From assembly GCA_963846575.1 (NCBI GenBank), contig CAWJWJ010000002.1, forward strand, positions 1,472,001 through 1,536,000: a stretch of DNA of 64,000 nucleotides, in the 5' to 3' direction. How positions within the stretch are numbered: position 1 is the stretch's first letter; every line of letters starts with the position of its first letter. Shown in pieces: positions 1-9,088 of the stretch. The stretch comes from an uncultured Nitrospiraceae bacterium. GTDB taxonomy: Bacteria > Nitrospirota > Nitrospiria > Nitrospirales > Nitrospiraceae. Made by a program: the position numbers and the translations under genes. The notes beneath the pieces were generated by a model. That model was not told where the DNA came from. It ran no database searches and saw nothing but the letters and a program-made list of their open reading frames with translations.

Positions 1-165
1 GGCTGGCCGATGCTGGCGTTGGACCGGATCTGGGTGGCCCCGGCCTCAGCGCTCGTGAATGTAGAAGCCCACCAGTCGGCGTTGAGTCAGATCGCGTCCG
101 ACCATCTCCCCGTCATAGGAGAGATTTGTCTCGGAGAAGCCGACCGTGAACAGCCGCGGTCCTAA
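1..165 (+). CDS. 3' end of endonuclease/exonuclease/phosphatase (EEP) family protein (partial)
   Basis: Frame 1 reads GWPMLALDRIWV...IASDHLPVIGEI...*; LDRIW and SDHLPV are C-terminal EEP motifs. Confidence 0.85.
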   Translation, partial: GWPMLALDRIWVAPASALVNVEAHQSALSQIASDHLPVIGEICLGEADREQPRS

Positions 166-626
166 GACTGCGCGACCAGCGGCAAATCGGAGGTCTCGGG
201 AAGTTCGATGGAATATTGGCCATGCCCCAGATAAGTCAGGCGGAGCTGTCCGGCTCGGCTCAGCCGATCCACCTCGGAAAAGACCTGGTTCCAGGTGAGG
301 GTGGGACAGGCACGGACCAGCATGTCCAGATCGCATTTCTGCACAGTGGCGAAGACATCCAGAATCGTGGCCGCAGCCGGGCTCAGGCCGCGTTCTGCTG
401 CCAGGTCCGGACGCTCCGTCTTCCTGTCCGCCTTGGGCAGTGTGCCGAATCGCCTGGCACAGGGCGGGCAGTAGGTGTGGGTGAGGAGGTATTCGCCGTT
501 CAAGATGTGGTGAAGTTTTAAAAATGTGCCCAGCGTGTCCCAGCGCTCCTTTGTTCCGGCCGTGTCGACATTCTCGCGCACTCTGTTGCATACACAGCAT
601 ATGGGGATGACGATGGCGGCGTTCAT
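162..626 (-). CDS. Hypothetical protein: N-terminal CxxC...HxxCxxC metal-binding module plus C-terminal winged-helix-like domain
   Basis: IPICCVCNRVR..W..L..H..THTYCPPC, then CPTLTWNQVFSEVDRLSRAG; GGAGG RBS upstream. Confidence 0.7.
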   Translation of the reverse strand: MNAAIVIPICCVCNRVRENVDTAGTKERWDTLGTFLKLHHILNGEYLLTHTYCPPCARRFGTLPKADRKTERPDLAAERGLSPAAATILDVFATVQKCDLDMLVRACPTLTWNQVFSEVDRLSRAGQLRLTYLGHGQYSIELPETSDLPLVAQS

Positions 627-701
627 GGTACCCCTCCGGTTGGAATGAACTGCACAGAGACGACGTTGGATCGCATCCTACTTAGGTTGAAGTCTCCTGA
701 A

Positions 702-721
702 AACTAGGGGCTGCCCTAGTT
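702..721 (-). promoter_or_regulatory. Palindromic activator box AACTAGG-GGCTGC-CCTAGTT with -10 TAGGAT (675-680) for the gene starting at 626
   Basis: Perfect 8-bp arms; -10 lies 21 nt downstream on the minus strand. Confidence 0.75.
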
Positions 722-764
722 CTTTCGTAGGATTGGCAGGGGAAGCCACTGTCAAGAGCTTGGT

Positions 765-796
765 TCCACGTCCCGGCCGGTAAGCCGGGACGTGGA
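765..796 (-). terminator. 13-bp stem-loop downstream of the 835-1299 gene
   Basis: TCCACGTCCCGGC-cggtaa-GCCGGGACGTGGA; no clear U-tract. Confidence 0.5.
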
Positions 797-834
797 GGTG
801 GCAGGAACGGAACGATTGCCCGACGGCCGTAGAA

Positions 835-1299
835 CTACTGCGAGTCCGCCTTGTGACGCGACAGCTTCTGAATCAGCTCAGCGGCCCCTCCGTCCGAGGC
901 CACGACCTTGACATAGTCCCCGGTTTGAAAGGTGCAGCCCTCCTTGCCCTTCGCAATAAACTCCAACCCCTGTCCCGGATTGTCGGCAGGGCTCTTGGAG
1001 GCGCTGGACGGCAGGTCCTTGACCGCTTCGCGGCTGGAAGACAAATCTGCGCCCGTTCCACTGGTGCAAATCACATTAGTGTCCTTCGTCACCCGCAAGT
1101 TGATCTCTTTGCCATGGTCGCCTTTGATGAAATATTCGTCGGCATGAATTCGATCAATCGTTCCGAAAATAGCCTTGTCCTGTCCTGCCTGGTTCGTCGC
1201 CTGATCCTTGTTGCTCGCTTCCGCCGTCCAGGGGATGCCGATGGCCACGAGCCCTGCGACGATTATGCCGGCTGAATCGAATCCTGTCCTCTGGGTCAT
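835..1299 (-). CDS. Exported hypothetical protein
   Basis: AGGAGG RBS before ATG at 1299; hydrophobic signal ending AEA; two Cys. Confidence 0.7.
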   Translation of the reverse strand: MTQRTGFDSAGIIVAGLVAIGIPWTAEASNKDQATNQAGQDKAIFGTIDRIHADEYFIKGDHGKEINLRVTKDTNVICTSGTGADLSSSREAVKDLPSSASKSPADNPGQGLEFIAKGKEGCTFQTGDYVKVVASDGGAAELIQKLSRHKADSQ

Positions 1300-1491
1300 C
1301 ACTACCTCCTTGATGAATGGTGAGGAGTCCGATCCGACATGGAGCGGACCCATACTCCTCATATCCTCCATGCTGGCCCGGGGCATCTGGAGATCCCCCT
1401 GGTCTCGACGTCGTCCAAACCATCATTTTGAAGCGGTAGATTCGCTGAAGGGCACTGTAGAGGAACGCGCCGAAGACATCGGGGACAGCTC

Positions 1492-3225
1492 TCAGGACGT
1501 ATGGTCGCCTCCCCCTGCCGGGACGGTGTACCGTTCTTCGATGGCGGCGCGGATCAACCGGCGGCTTTCCCCGGCCGGTAGTCCGGGCTGTTCTTCAACC
1601 TGGCGGATGGATTGCGCCAACGTCTCGTCTTTGATCATTTCAGCGGTCCAGGTTGAGTAGTCGTGAGCATGGAGATGGTGGAGCCAGGTTTCCTCGTCCA
1701 CACCGTCGGCCAGTTGCATGAAGAGCAGCAGGTTCTGAGCACGGAGATTCAACTGGCCCCGAGGGCCCTTGAAATAAAAACTTCGCTCCGGAGGCAGCTC
1801 GCCCTCGGCATACTTTCGCCGATGGCGGCGCCGTTGGACGGTACTGGGGGCGATTTCCACGATAGCAGGACGCTCCTGGGAGGCCCGATTCCATAGGACC
1901 GCATGGCCTGATTCAAGTTTGTAGTCCTCCATGATCGGTGCCCCCTGCCGGATCGCAGTGCAGTAGGTCCTGAGCGTCTTGTCCGGCGAAGTTCCCAGGG
2001 CGAAGAGCAGACTGGCGGTCTCCAGGATCGCAGGATCGATCTCCTCAGGATGCACCGTTACATAGATCATGCATCCCATCTCTCTTGCGAGGGCATGGGC
2101 GGTGGGATTGCCGCCCACGGGCAAGAGGTGGTGTGTTTCATCCACCAGGACCCAGTGAGGCCGTCCGGTCTGTGCGCGGAGTTCCCGCAGCTTCGGCAGC
2201 AGGTTCAGAAAGAAAGGGGGCCGGTCTTTTAATGGCAGGCCGACGAGATTGACCACCACATGATTGTTCGGATTGGCCAACGCCGTGAGAATTTCCGTCA
2301 TGCTGGGACCATCCTGAGCCGTGCCCAGGACAATCGCCTGAGGGAAGTCTTCATAGTCGCCCTCCGGATCGATCACGCAGACCTGATAGCCTTGTTCGCC
2401 GAGCCGCTCTACGAGCCCGGTGGCCAGCGTGGATTTTCCGCTGCCCGAGGTGCCGGCGAGCAGGAGATTCTGTCGCGCGGGATAGAAGACCATCTCCTCT
2501 CCGTCCTCCCGCCGGCCCAGGAGAACCCGGTGTCTTGAGACAGCCTGTTCTGATTGTTGAAGATCGTTGTCCACCAGATCGTCAATGATTTCTATGACGC
2601 CCATGCCGCGGGCTCCCGCAGTGGTGCGGTCGGCCGTCTGTTTCAGCATGGGCACCGCATTGGCCACGGCGACGGCATATTCGGAGAATGCCAGCATGGC
2701 ATGGTCGTTCTCTCCGTCGCCGATGGCCACGATGTTATGCGGAGACAGTTCCATCTGCTTGAGCGCCGCGGTCAGGCCGGTAGCTTTGTTCACGCCGTGG
2801 GGAAGGACCATCACTGCGCCCTTATTGAAAATGATGCGGAGTTCCAGGCCGAGGTCCCGGATCACGTCGAGGATGACGGATTCATAGGGGACACGCGTGG
2901 CGACGATGCAATGTCCGAGACTCAGGTGCTGCACCCCCCGACGCTGCACTTCCTCAAGAAATGCCGGCCGCGGAGCCTGGGCGAGCAGGGTGACCTCTTT
3001 GGTGGCCGGCCGATAAAGCACGCCGCCGTTTTCCGCCACGACCCAGTCGCAGAGCGAGAGCTGAGGAAATATTTCCAACAACTCCGGTAGGACCCGGCCT
3101 GTGACCAGGATCAGTTTGCGACCGGATGCCAGCAGCCGCTCGATGGCACTGACCGTTTCTGGGGTGACGATTCCGTCGGTCGCCAGGGTTCCGTCATAGT
3201 CGGCTGCCAAGGCCAGATAACGCAT
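1492..3225 (-). CDS. HAD-IIB (Cof/SPP-like) phosphatase fused to a P-loop ATPase domain
   Basis: ADYDGTL, GVNKATG, IGDGENDHAML; Walker A GTSGSGKST, Walker B VLVDETH. Confidence 0.85.
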   Translation of the reverse strand: MRYLALAADYDGTLATDGIVTPETVSAIERLLASGRKLILVTGRVLPELLEIFPQLSLCDWVVAENGGVLYRPATKEVTLLAQAPRPAFLEEVQRRGVQHLSLGHCIVATRVPYESVILDVIRDLGLELRIIFNKGAVMVLPHGVNKATGLTAALKQMELSPHNIVAIGDGENDHAMLAFSEYAVAVANAVPMLKQTADRTTAGARGMGVIEIIDDLVDNDLQQSEQAVSRHRVLLGRREDGEEMVFYPARQNLLLAGTSGSGKSTLATGLVERLGEQGYQVCVIDPEGDYEDFPQAIVLGTAQDGPSMTEILTALANPNNHVVVNLVGLPLKDRPPFFLNLLPKLRELRAQTGRPHWVLVDETHHLLPVGGNPTAHALAREMGCMIYVTVHPEEIDPAILETASLLFALGTSPDKTLRTYCTAIRQGAPIMEDYKLESGHAVLWNRASQERPAIVEIAPSTVQRRRHRRKYAEGELPPERSFYFKGPRGQLNLRAQNLLLFMQLADGVDEETWLHHLHAHDYSTWTAEMIKDETLAQSIRQVEEQPGLPAGESRRLIRAAIEERYTVPAGGGDHTS

Positions 3226-3306
3226 TCCGCCCACCCCTTCCCTAAGGCCCACATGCCTCTGTTGTCGGTTTACCGGATCAAGCTACCGGCTTTAGTTTCC
3301 CGAGGC

Positions 3307-3338
3307 AGCTAGGAAGTCTCCTAGGGAAGTTCCGAGCT
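3307..3338. promoter_or_regulatory. Two overlapping palindromic boxes in a divergent promoter; -10 TAGCTT (3280-3285) on the minus strand
   Basis: AGCTAGG-AAGTCT-CCTAGGG (3307-3326) and TCCTAGG-GAAGTT-CCGAGCT (3319-3338). Confidence 0.7.
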
Positions 3339-3389
3339 GGCCTGCTCTCTGATCCATGACAGAAGAATGTATAAACTGGGGTAGACGAG

Positions 3390-4394
3390 ATGGCCGGTGC
3401 CCGTCATGGTCTGTGGATCAGTCGTATCTGCATCGTACTCTTGCTGACAACGGCCTGCATAGGCTGTACGACGCTGGTCCCACCGACCCGGCAGGGATCG
3501 GCGACCGAATCAACCCAGCGCTGCGCGCCAGCCATGACCAAGCGGGCGCGTGCAGCTACTGCGTCGCGCCATCAGGATCAGGCCGCGTCGCCGGCTCCGG
3601 CTCAGTCGCCATTCAGTGCCGACGCGAGGCGCGTGGCGGACGTGATCGGCGTGTTGCCTGTACTCGATAAGATAGCCAGCAGGAAGGCGTCTCGGGAGGA
3701 GAGCCGACTGGATATCTTAATACTTCGTCAGCGCCTGACCGATCAGGTCCTGTTGACCCTCTTCGAAGTGGCCTCGGCCACGGCGGAGTTGACCTGTGAA
3801 CGGGACCGGGCCGCTCAGGTTGCGGACCGTCTCGACGCACTCGATAACGCACGGGTCAAGCGGTTGACCATTGCCTCTATCGTATTGGGGGGGATCGCGG
3901 GAGTCATCACCGGCGGCGTGGGACTGGCGGCTGGCGCCAGCACGGCGGGGGATGCCGCCGAAGTGGCGGGCGGGGTGTTCGCCTCCTGGTTCGGCGTCTC
4001 GGCGCTCTTTATCCACTCCGAAGCCGACTTTCGTCATGACCGGAATGCCTTGCAAGAGGTCTGGGGGAATCCGTCGGAGTCGACGATCTTTTCTCCGGTC
4101 ATCTGGCGGTTTTTGCATAACACCCACACGGAAGGTATGAACGCGCCGCGCGACGAGGTCGTGGATGCATGGCGACAGGCCGGACGGTTGGGCGCCAATG
4201 GATCGGAGGACGAACATCACCGGCAGGATCTGTTCTTCGGTTCAGGAGGCCGGTACGGGGCGGCCGAGTTGCGTGCACGTTCCTCCATGCTGGAAACCCT
4301 GGAAGCGTCGATCAGATTGATGCATGAGGAACTGGAAGTGCTGCTCCGGGAAATTGTCGAGCAGACGAAGCAAACCCCCGAGACGGCTCGATAA
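3390..4394 (+). CDS. Hypothetical lipoprotein with an internal Gly/Ala-rich hydrophobic hairpin
   Basis: Lipobox-like CIGC; glycine-zipper-like segment; stop lies 2 nt before the next gene. Confidence 0.7.
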   Translation: MAGARHGLWISRICIVLLLTTACIGCTTLVPPTRQGSATESTQRCAPAMTKRARAATASRHQDQAASPAPAQSPFSADARRVADVIGVLPVLDKIASRKASREESRLDILILRQRLTDQVLLTLFEVASATAELTCERDRAAQVADRLDALDNARVKRLTIASIVLGGIAGVITGGVGLAAGASTAGDAAEVAGGVFASWFGVSALFIHSEADFRHDRNALQEVWGNPSESTIFSPVIWRFLHNTHTEGMNAPRDEVVDAWRQAGRLGANGSEDEHHRQDLFFGSGGRYGAAELRARSSMLETLEASIRLMHEELEVLLREIVEQTKQTPETAR

Positions 4395-4396
4395 GG

Positions 4397-4849
4397 ATGG
4401 AGGTGACGATGAGGTCGAGAAATCTGCTGACGCGCGACGCAGGTCTGTTCAACCGCTTGGCGAACGAAGCCTCCCGGGTCATGGGAAGCGTGGCCGCGTT
4501 CGGGGCGGCGCTGGGCATCGTGATCGTCTGGGGCCTGACCGGTCCGCTCTTTGAGTACAGTGATACGTGGCAGCTGGTTATCAATACGGGAACGACCATC
4601 GTAACGTTTCTGATGGTCTTCCTGATCCAGAATACGCAGAACCGGGACAGTGCGGCGATCCAATTGAAGCTGGACGAAATGATACGGTCCACCGAAGGCG
4701 CTCACAATGCCTTGCTTGATCTGGAGAAGCTGAGCGTGAACGACCTTGAAGAGATTCGCACCCTCTATCAAAAGCTCGCGGAAAAAGCCCGTCGCGAACG
4801 GCAGGGCGGGTGGGGAGATACGGGCACGCCGGATGTGAACCCGGCGTGA
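4397..4849 (+). CDS. Low-affinity iron permease family protein
   Basis: SDTWQLVINTGTTIVTFLMVFLIQNTQNRD..AIQLKLDE signature. Confidence 0.9.
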   Translation: MEVTMRSRNLLTRDAGLFNRLANEASRVMGSVAAFGAALGIVIVWGLTGPLFEYSDTWQLVINTGTTIVTFLMVFLIQNTQNRDSAAIQLKLDEMIRSTEGAHNALLDLEKLSVNDLEEIRTLYQKLAEKARRERQGGWGDTGTPDVNPA

Positions 4850-4864
4850 ATCCCCGGCCGCCGG

Positions 4865-6427
4865 TCAGTGAGGTTGTTCTTGCTTCAACGGCCTGAGATC
4901 GCTCGTTGCCGGTCCATTGAGGACTTTCCCGAATTTATCGAACCGCGAGCCGTGGCAAGGACAATCCCAGGTCATTTCCGAATGGTTCCAGGCTACGATG
5001 CAGCTCAGGTGCGGACAGACGGCCGAACAAGTGTGAAGCACTCCCTCCGCGTCGCGATAGGCTGCAATTTTTGTGAGCCCGTCCCTCAACACCGCTCCCT
5101 GTTCTTTCCCGATCTCCTGCTCGCTTTTGACGTCGCCTCCGGTCACCCAATCGGCGTACTGCGCGACCACGTTGAAGGATTCGCGCACAAACGTTCCTGC
5201 CGCGCGTACAGGTTGGCGTGACGGATCGTAAAGCGCCGCCCAGGGCGATTCGCGACCCGTGATGAGGTCGGTGAGCAGCAGTCCGGCAATCGTACCGTGG
5301 GTCATCCCCATGCCCGAGTCGCCTGTGGCAATGTAGACGTTGTCGACGTCTCCGGGATTCCGACCGATGAAGGCCAGGCCGTCCACAGACTCCATCACTT
5401 GCCCGGACCAGCGGAAAGTCACACCCTCCATCATGGGAAAACGCTCCCGTGCCCAGGCCTCCAAGCGAGCATAACGGCGCTCGCCGTCGTCGGCCTGTCC
5501 GGCCTTATGGTCTTCACCACCGACGATGAGCGTCGTCTCTTGACGCCCTTGCGGCGCGGTCCGGCGCTGCAATCGGACATAGTGATAGGGATCGAGCGTA
5601 TCCCAAAATAACGCGGGTTCAAGCGTTGCCGGCGGCATCGCCGCTCCGATGACGTACGTGATGTAGGCCGCCTGTTTGGTATGGATCGTGACCGTATTGT
5701 TGATCGGCGTGTTCGTCGCGATCACGATGGCGCCGGCGGTGACGACACAGCCCTGGCTGGTTTCGACCTGCGCCTTTTTGCCGCCCGTGACGGAGGTGAC
5801 CTGCGCGTTGCTGAAGAGCCGTCCTCCGCCCGTCTGGATGGCCCGCACGAGGCCGGCCAGGTATTTCATGGGATGGAACTGGGCCTGCCGGGGGAAGCGC
5901 AGGCAGGGCCCGGTCTGGAATGTCATGCCGGGGACCCGGTCAAGCCGCTCGACATCGCTCAGGCCTGCGCGCAGCGAAGCTTGCCATTCCTCGTCGATGT
6001 CTGCGCGTGACTCCGCGGATGGCGCGAACAGATACCCATTCACCCGCGTGAAGTCGCAATCGAGGACCTCGGTCTTGCACGTTCTGTCGATCCACTCGAT
6101 GGCCGCCGTATGGCTATTCGCGGCCAACCGCGAACCGGGCTGCCCATGCAGACGCTCCATGGCAACATAACCATCGTCGATGGCATTCGAGAGGTGCGCC
6201 GTCGTGCGCTGGGTCATGCCTCGTCCCGGTTGCCCGTCGTCCAGCACGATCACGGATTTGCCTTCCTTCATCAGACAGTAGGCGGTGGTCAGCCCTGCGA
6301 TACCGGCACCCACAATACAGACGTCGGCGTGCGCTCCCGTCGTGAGTGGTGGAGTCACGAGCATGTCCGCCGACATCCACAGCGATACGGTCTCCCCTGA
6401 GCCACGATTCATCATAGTCTCCTTCAT
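4865..6427 (-). CDS. FAD-dependent oxidoreductase (DAO family) with C-terminal Rieske [2Fe-2S] domain (YhfW-like)
   Basis: GAGIAG; CPHLSC...WDCPCHGSRF. Confidence 0.92.
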   Translation of the reverse strand: MKETMMNRGSGETVSLWMSADMLVTPPLTTGAHADVCIVGAGIAGLTTAYCLMKEGKSVIVLDDGQPGRGMTQRTTAHLSNAIDDGYVAMERLHGQPGSRLAANSHTAAIEWIDRTCKTEVLDCDFTRVNGYLFAPSAESRADIDEEWQASLRAGLSDVERLDRVPGMTFQTGPCLRFPRQAQFHPMKYLAGLVRAIQTGGGRLFSNAQVTSVTGGKKAQVETSQGCVVTAGAIVIATNTPINNTVTIHTKQAAYITYVIGAAMPPATLEPALFWDTLDPYHYVRLQRRTAPQGRQETTLIVGGEDHKAGQADDGERRYARLEAWARERFPMMEGVTFRWSGQVMESVDGLAFIGRNPGDVDNVYIATGDSGMGMTHGTIAGLLLTDLITGRESPWAALYDPSRQPVRAAGTFVRESFNVVAQYADWVTGGDVKSEQEIGKEQGAVLRDGLTKIAAYRDAEGVLHTCSAVCPHLSCIVAWNHSEMTWDCPCHGSRFDKFGKVLNGPATSDLRPLKQEQPH

Positions 6428-6502
6428 ATGAGTGGTATTGGAAGTTGAATAGCTCGCCGGGCGACCTGTGAAGGATGACCCGGCCGCGAAAGAGAAGGAG
6501 TG

Positions 6503-7069
6503 TTACGGGTATCCTGCCACGCGCTGGCTGTCCCAGAACACGAATGGCCTCGTGCCGATTAAGGGGGATCCTGGAGCATAGGACTTCAGGCCCAATTCTC
6601 TCTGCCATGCGGTCATGTCTCTCACCACAAGCGTGGGAGAGCGGTCTCTAAGACCGTCTCCGGCGCCTGTGGTTCGATCCCGGACCTGTCCGATTATGGT
6701 GACCAGGGTGTCCTTCTGAAGCGCACCGGTATTCTTCATCTCCTGCTGGCCATCGACCGCGCTGTAGCGACCGGTGGACGAAGTGATGACCGGATGAAAA
6801 AACTCGTCCAGGGGAAGGTACTGGAGTTCGACCTGCGTGTGGCCGGACGCGTGCGACACGTCGAGGACCTTCCCTCCCCAGATAACCGTAGTGCCCTCGT
6901 AGGCGCTGGGGTTTTGTGCGACCTGCTCCCAGGTCACATCTTTTCTAATGTCCCCCTCGAGATGCTTCGGCACAACCTGATACATGGCGCAGCCTGCCGA
7001 AAGCACAAGGATGCCGCAGGCATGGGCCAACAAAACGAGAAGTTTTCCGAATGTGGTCATTGGCGTCAC
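6503..7069 (-). CDS. Slp family outer-membrane lipoprotein
   Basis: SAGC lipobox; P.AY.G..VIWGG...TQVE....PL...GR..A...VTIIG. Confidence 0.85.
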   Translation of the reverse strand: MTPMTTFGKLLVLLAHACGILVLSAGCAMYQVVPKHLEGDIRKDVTWEQVAQNPSAYEGTTVIWGGKVLDVSHASGHTQVELQYLPLDEFFHPVITSSTGRYSAVDGQQEMKNTGALQKDTLVTIIGQVRDRTTGAGDGLRDRSPTLVVRDMTAWQRELGLKSYAPGSPLIGTRPFVFWDSQRVAGYP

Positions 7070-7218
7070 GACCTCGATGACTCGACTTCTTCTGACGTTG
7101 GGTGGCGTCGAACAGAGCCGGCGGAGGCTACAACGCGTGATCAGCGATTCAAACGACGATTGACGCCCTGGAAAGAATCGACGGAATCACGCGCTGCAGC
7201 CCACCAACCTATCCAATG

Positions 7219-7674
7219 TTATCTCGTCGAGGTGGAGTCTGATCGATTCGACGAGGAGTCCGAACGCTCGATCTTCAACACGCCCGATTCATTCATCTCT
7301 CCGCTCGGTCCACTGGAATCCATCCGCACCGTATACCGGTACGACCCGGCACGGTTGAGGCACAGGCTGGCCGTCTCGTTTTCGTCGATGGATGCATGGT
7401 TGTTTTTGAACATGTTGGAAAAACCACCGAACCCGTTGTTGCAACTGATGTTGGTCTCGATGGGGTCGAGAAAGATGATCCGGACCGTGCCGGTTCGTCG
7501 GTTGATCCAGCGGATCTCGTCACCGACCCCTGCGCTCCGTTCCGTGGGCTCGACGTGCTGCGCGATCTTGATATCTTTCAACTCTCCCGTTCTTGTGACT
7601 TTCGGCACGCTGGAACAGGCTGCCACGGTGCAGACGAGACCGGCTGCGAGCAGAGGTGTCAATAGAATACGCAT
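7219..7674 (-). CDS. Lipoprotein with cupredoxin-like fold
   Basis: VAAC lipobox; VGDEIRWINR, F/L..AG.Y.Y pattern; no evident copper ligands. Confidence 0.65.
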   Translation of the reverse strand: MRILLTPLLAAGLVCTVAACSSVPKVTRTGELKDIKIAQHVEPTERSAGVGDEIRWINRRTGTVRIIFLDPIETNISCNNGFGGFSNMFKNNHASIDENETASLCLNRAGSYRYTVRMDSSGPSGEMNESGVLKIERSDSSSNRSDSTSTR

Positions 7675-7756
7675 GGGTGTTTCTCCTCCATGTAAAGCTG
7701 TATAGGTGAAGGTACGATGCCTTTCACTCACGTTACCCTGCCTCAGGCGATCCCGC

Positions 7757-7776
7757 CCCTCGTTATAACCCTAGTT
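7757..7776 (-). promoter_or_regulatory. Palindromic box (minus strand AACTAGG-GTTATA-ACGAGGG) with -10 TAACGT (7730-7735)
   Basis: Same motif geometry, 21-nt spacing, oriented toward the 7674 gene. Confidence 0.6.
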
Positions 7777-7878
7777 TCTCCCTCGCGATCTCAGAGGGCG
7801 GGCCGTTTATCCTACGTAGGGTAGGCATGAACGGGACCAGGCGCAGCGATAGCCGGGAAGGGAGCGGATGTCGATCCT

Positions 7879-7898
7879 ACCTAGGGATTCTCCGAGTT
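7879..7898 (+). promoter_or_regulatory. Palindromic box ACCTAGG-GATTCT-CCGAGTT with -10 TAGGCT (7919-7924) for the ku operon
   Basis: 20-nt spacing to TAnnnT. Confidence 0.7.
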
Positions 7899-8008
7899 GG
7901 TGTCCGCCCTGTGCGTGATAGGCTACGCACCCTGACCACTGTGATGGTGGATTCGCTGATGCTGATCACGAGGCCAGGTGAGGGAGCGGTCACGGAGCTC
8001 ATGACGGC

Positions 8009-8218
8009 GTGAGGATATGTCCTTTCGATTGCCATGTGTGTGACGAACCGGATTGTCGGCGAGGCGCATGCAAAGTAGTGGGGGACGCGATGTTGTCGGT
8101 CTGCGACGGCTGCGGCGAACCGGTTGCCTGTCTTAACTGCGCCTGCCTTTGTGCGTTGTGTGCTCACGAGTCGTCCAGCAAACCCTCCGCCAAGAAGCCG
8201 ATCCGCAAGAAGGTGTGA
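8009..8218 (+). CDS. Small cysteine-rich (12 Cys in 69 aa) putative metal-binding protein
   Basis: GTG start after GGAG; several CxxC/CxC clusters, basic tail; stop lies 1 nt before the ku ATG. Confidence 0.6.
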   Translation: MRICPFDCHVCDEPDCRRGACKVVGDAMLSVCDGCGEPVACLNCACLCALCAHESSSKPSAKKPIRKKV

Positions 8219-8219
8219 C

Positions 8220-9080
8220 ATGCCTCGACCGCTCTGGAAAGGCACGATCAGTTTTGGACTCGTCAATATTCCCGTGGTGCTGTATTCGGCGGAGAACCGG
8301 AACAACTTCGATTTGACGTTGTTGGACCGCCGCGACATGAAGCCCGTCGGGTTCAAGCGGTACAACAAAGAAACCGGGAAAGATGTGACATGGGACCAGA
8401 TCGTGAAGGGGTATGAATACGAGAAGAGCCGCTATGTGGTACTGACGGACGAGGATTTTCGCCGCGCGAATGTTGAAGCGACGCAAACCATCGACATCGT
8501 GCGGTTCGTACGGGCTGAAGACATTTCACCGACGTCGTTCGAGACGCCCTACTATCTCGCTCCTGACAAACGGGGAGAGAAGGGTTATGCGCTGCTACGG
8601 GAAACGCTGAAAAAAACCGGAAAGGCGGGCATTGCCACCGTGGTCATCCGCACGAGGCAGTATGTTGCGGCGTTGATTCCGTGGGACGAGATGATCGTCT
8701 TGAATACGTTGCGGTATGCCAACGAGCTGAAACCCGGCAAAGCCCTTGAGATTCCCGCCAAAAGTCTCAAGGCTTCCGGCGTGACGCCGCGCGAGTTGGA
8801 GATGGCCACCAAGCTGGTGGATGAGTTGTCGGATGCCTGGAAGCCCGCGCAATACAAAGACACCTATCATGATGATCTGATGCGTCTGATCAACAAACGC
8901 ATCAAGGCCGGAAAAACCGAGGTCGTCACGACCGAGGAAAAAGACGGCGAAAAGGGCCGACCGGCACGGGCCAAGGTCGTGGACCTCATGGCTCTGCTCA
9001 AACGCAGTGTGCAGCAGTCCGGTAAATCAAAAGGACGGACCCCGAAACAGTCCCGTCCCGTGAGTCGCAAAACGGCCTGA
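8220..9080 (+). CDS. ku: Non-homologous end-joining protein Ku
   Basis: MPRPLWKGTISFGLVNIPV...IVKGYEYEK...basic C-tail. Confidence 0.97.
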   Translation: MPRPLWKGTISFGLVNIPVVLYSAENRNNFDLTLLDRRDMKPVGFKRYNKETGKDVTWDQIVKGYEYEKSRYVVLTDEDFRRANVEATQTIDIVRFVRAEDISPTSFETPYYLAPDKRGEKGYALLRETLKKTGKAGIATVVIRTRQYVAALIPWDEMIVLNTLRYANELKPGKALEIPAKSLKASGVTPRELEMATKLVDELSDAWKPAQYKDTYHDDLMRLINKRIKAGKTEVVTTEEKDGEKGRPARAKVVDLMALLKRSVQQSGKSKGRTPKQSRPVSRKTA

Positions 9081-9088
9081 TTTTTCCG

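Noticed and set aside
8124..8219. N-terminal extension of Ku given in the ORF track
   Set aside because: Ku homology begins at MPRPLWKG (8220); the region is better explained by the Cys-rich ORF
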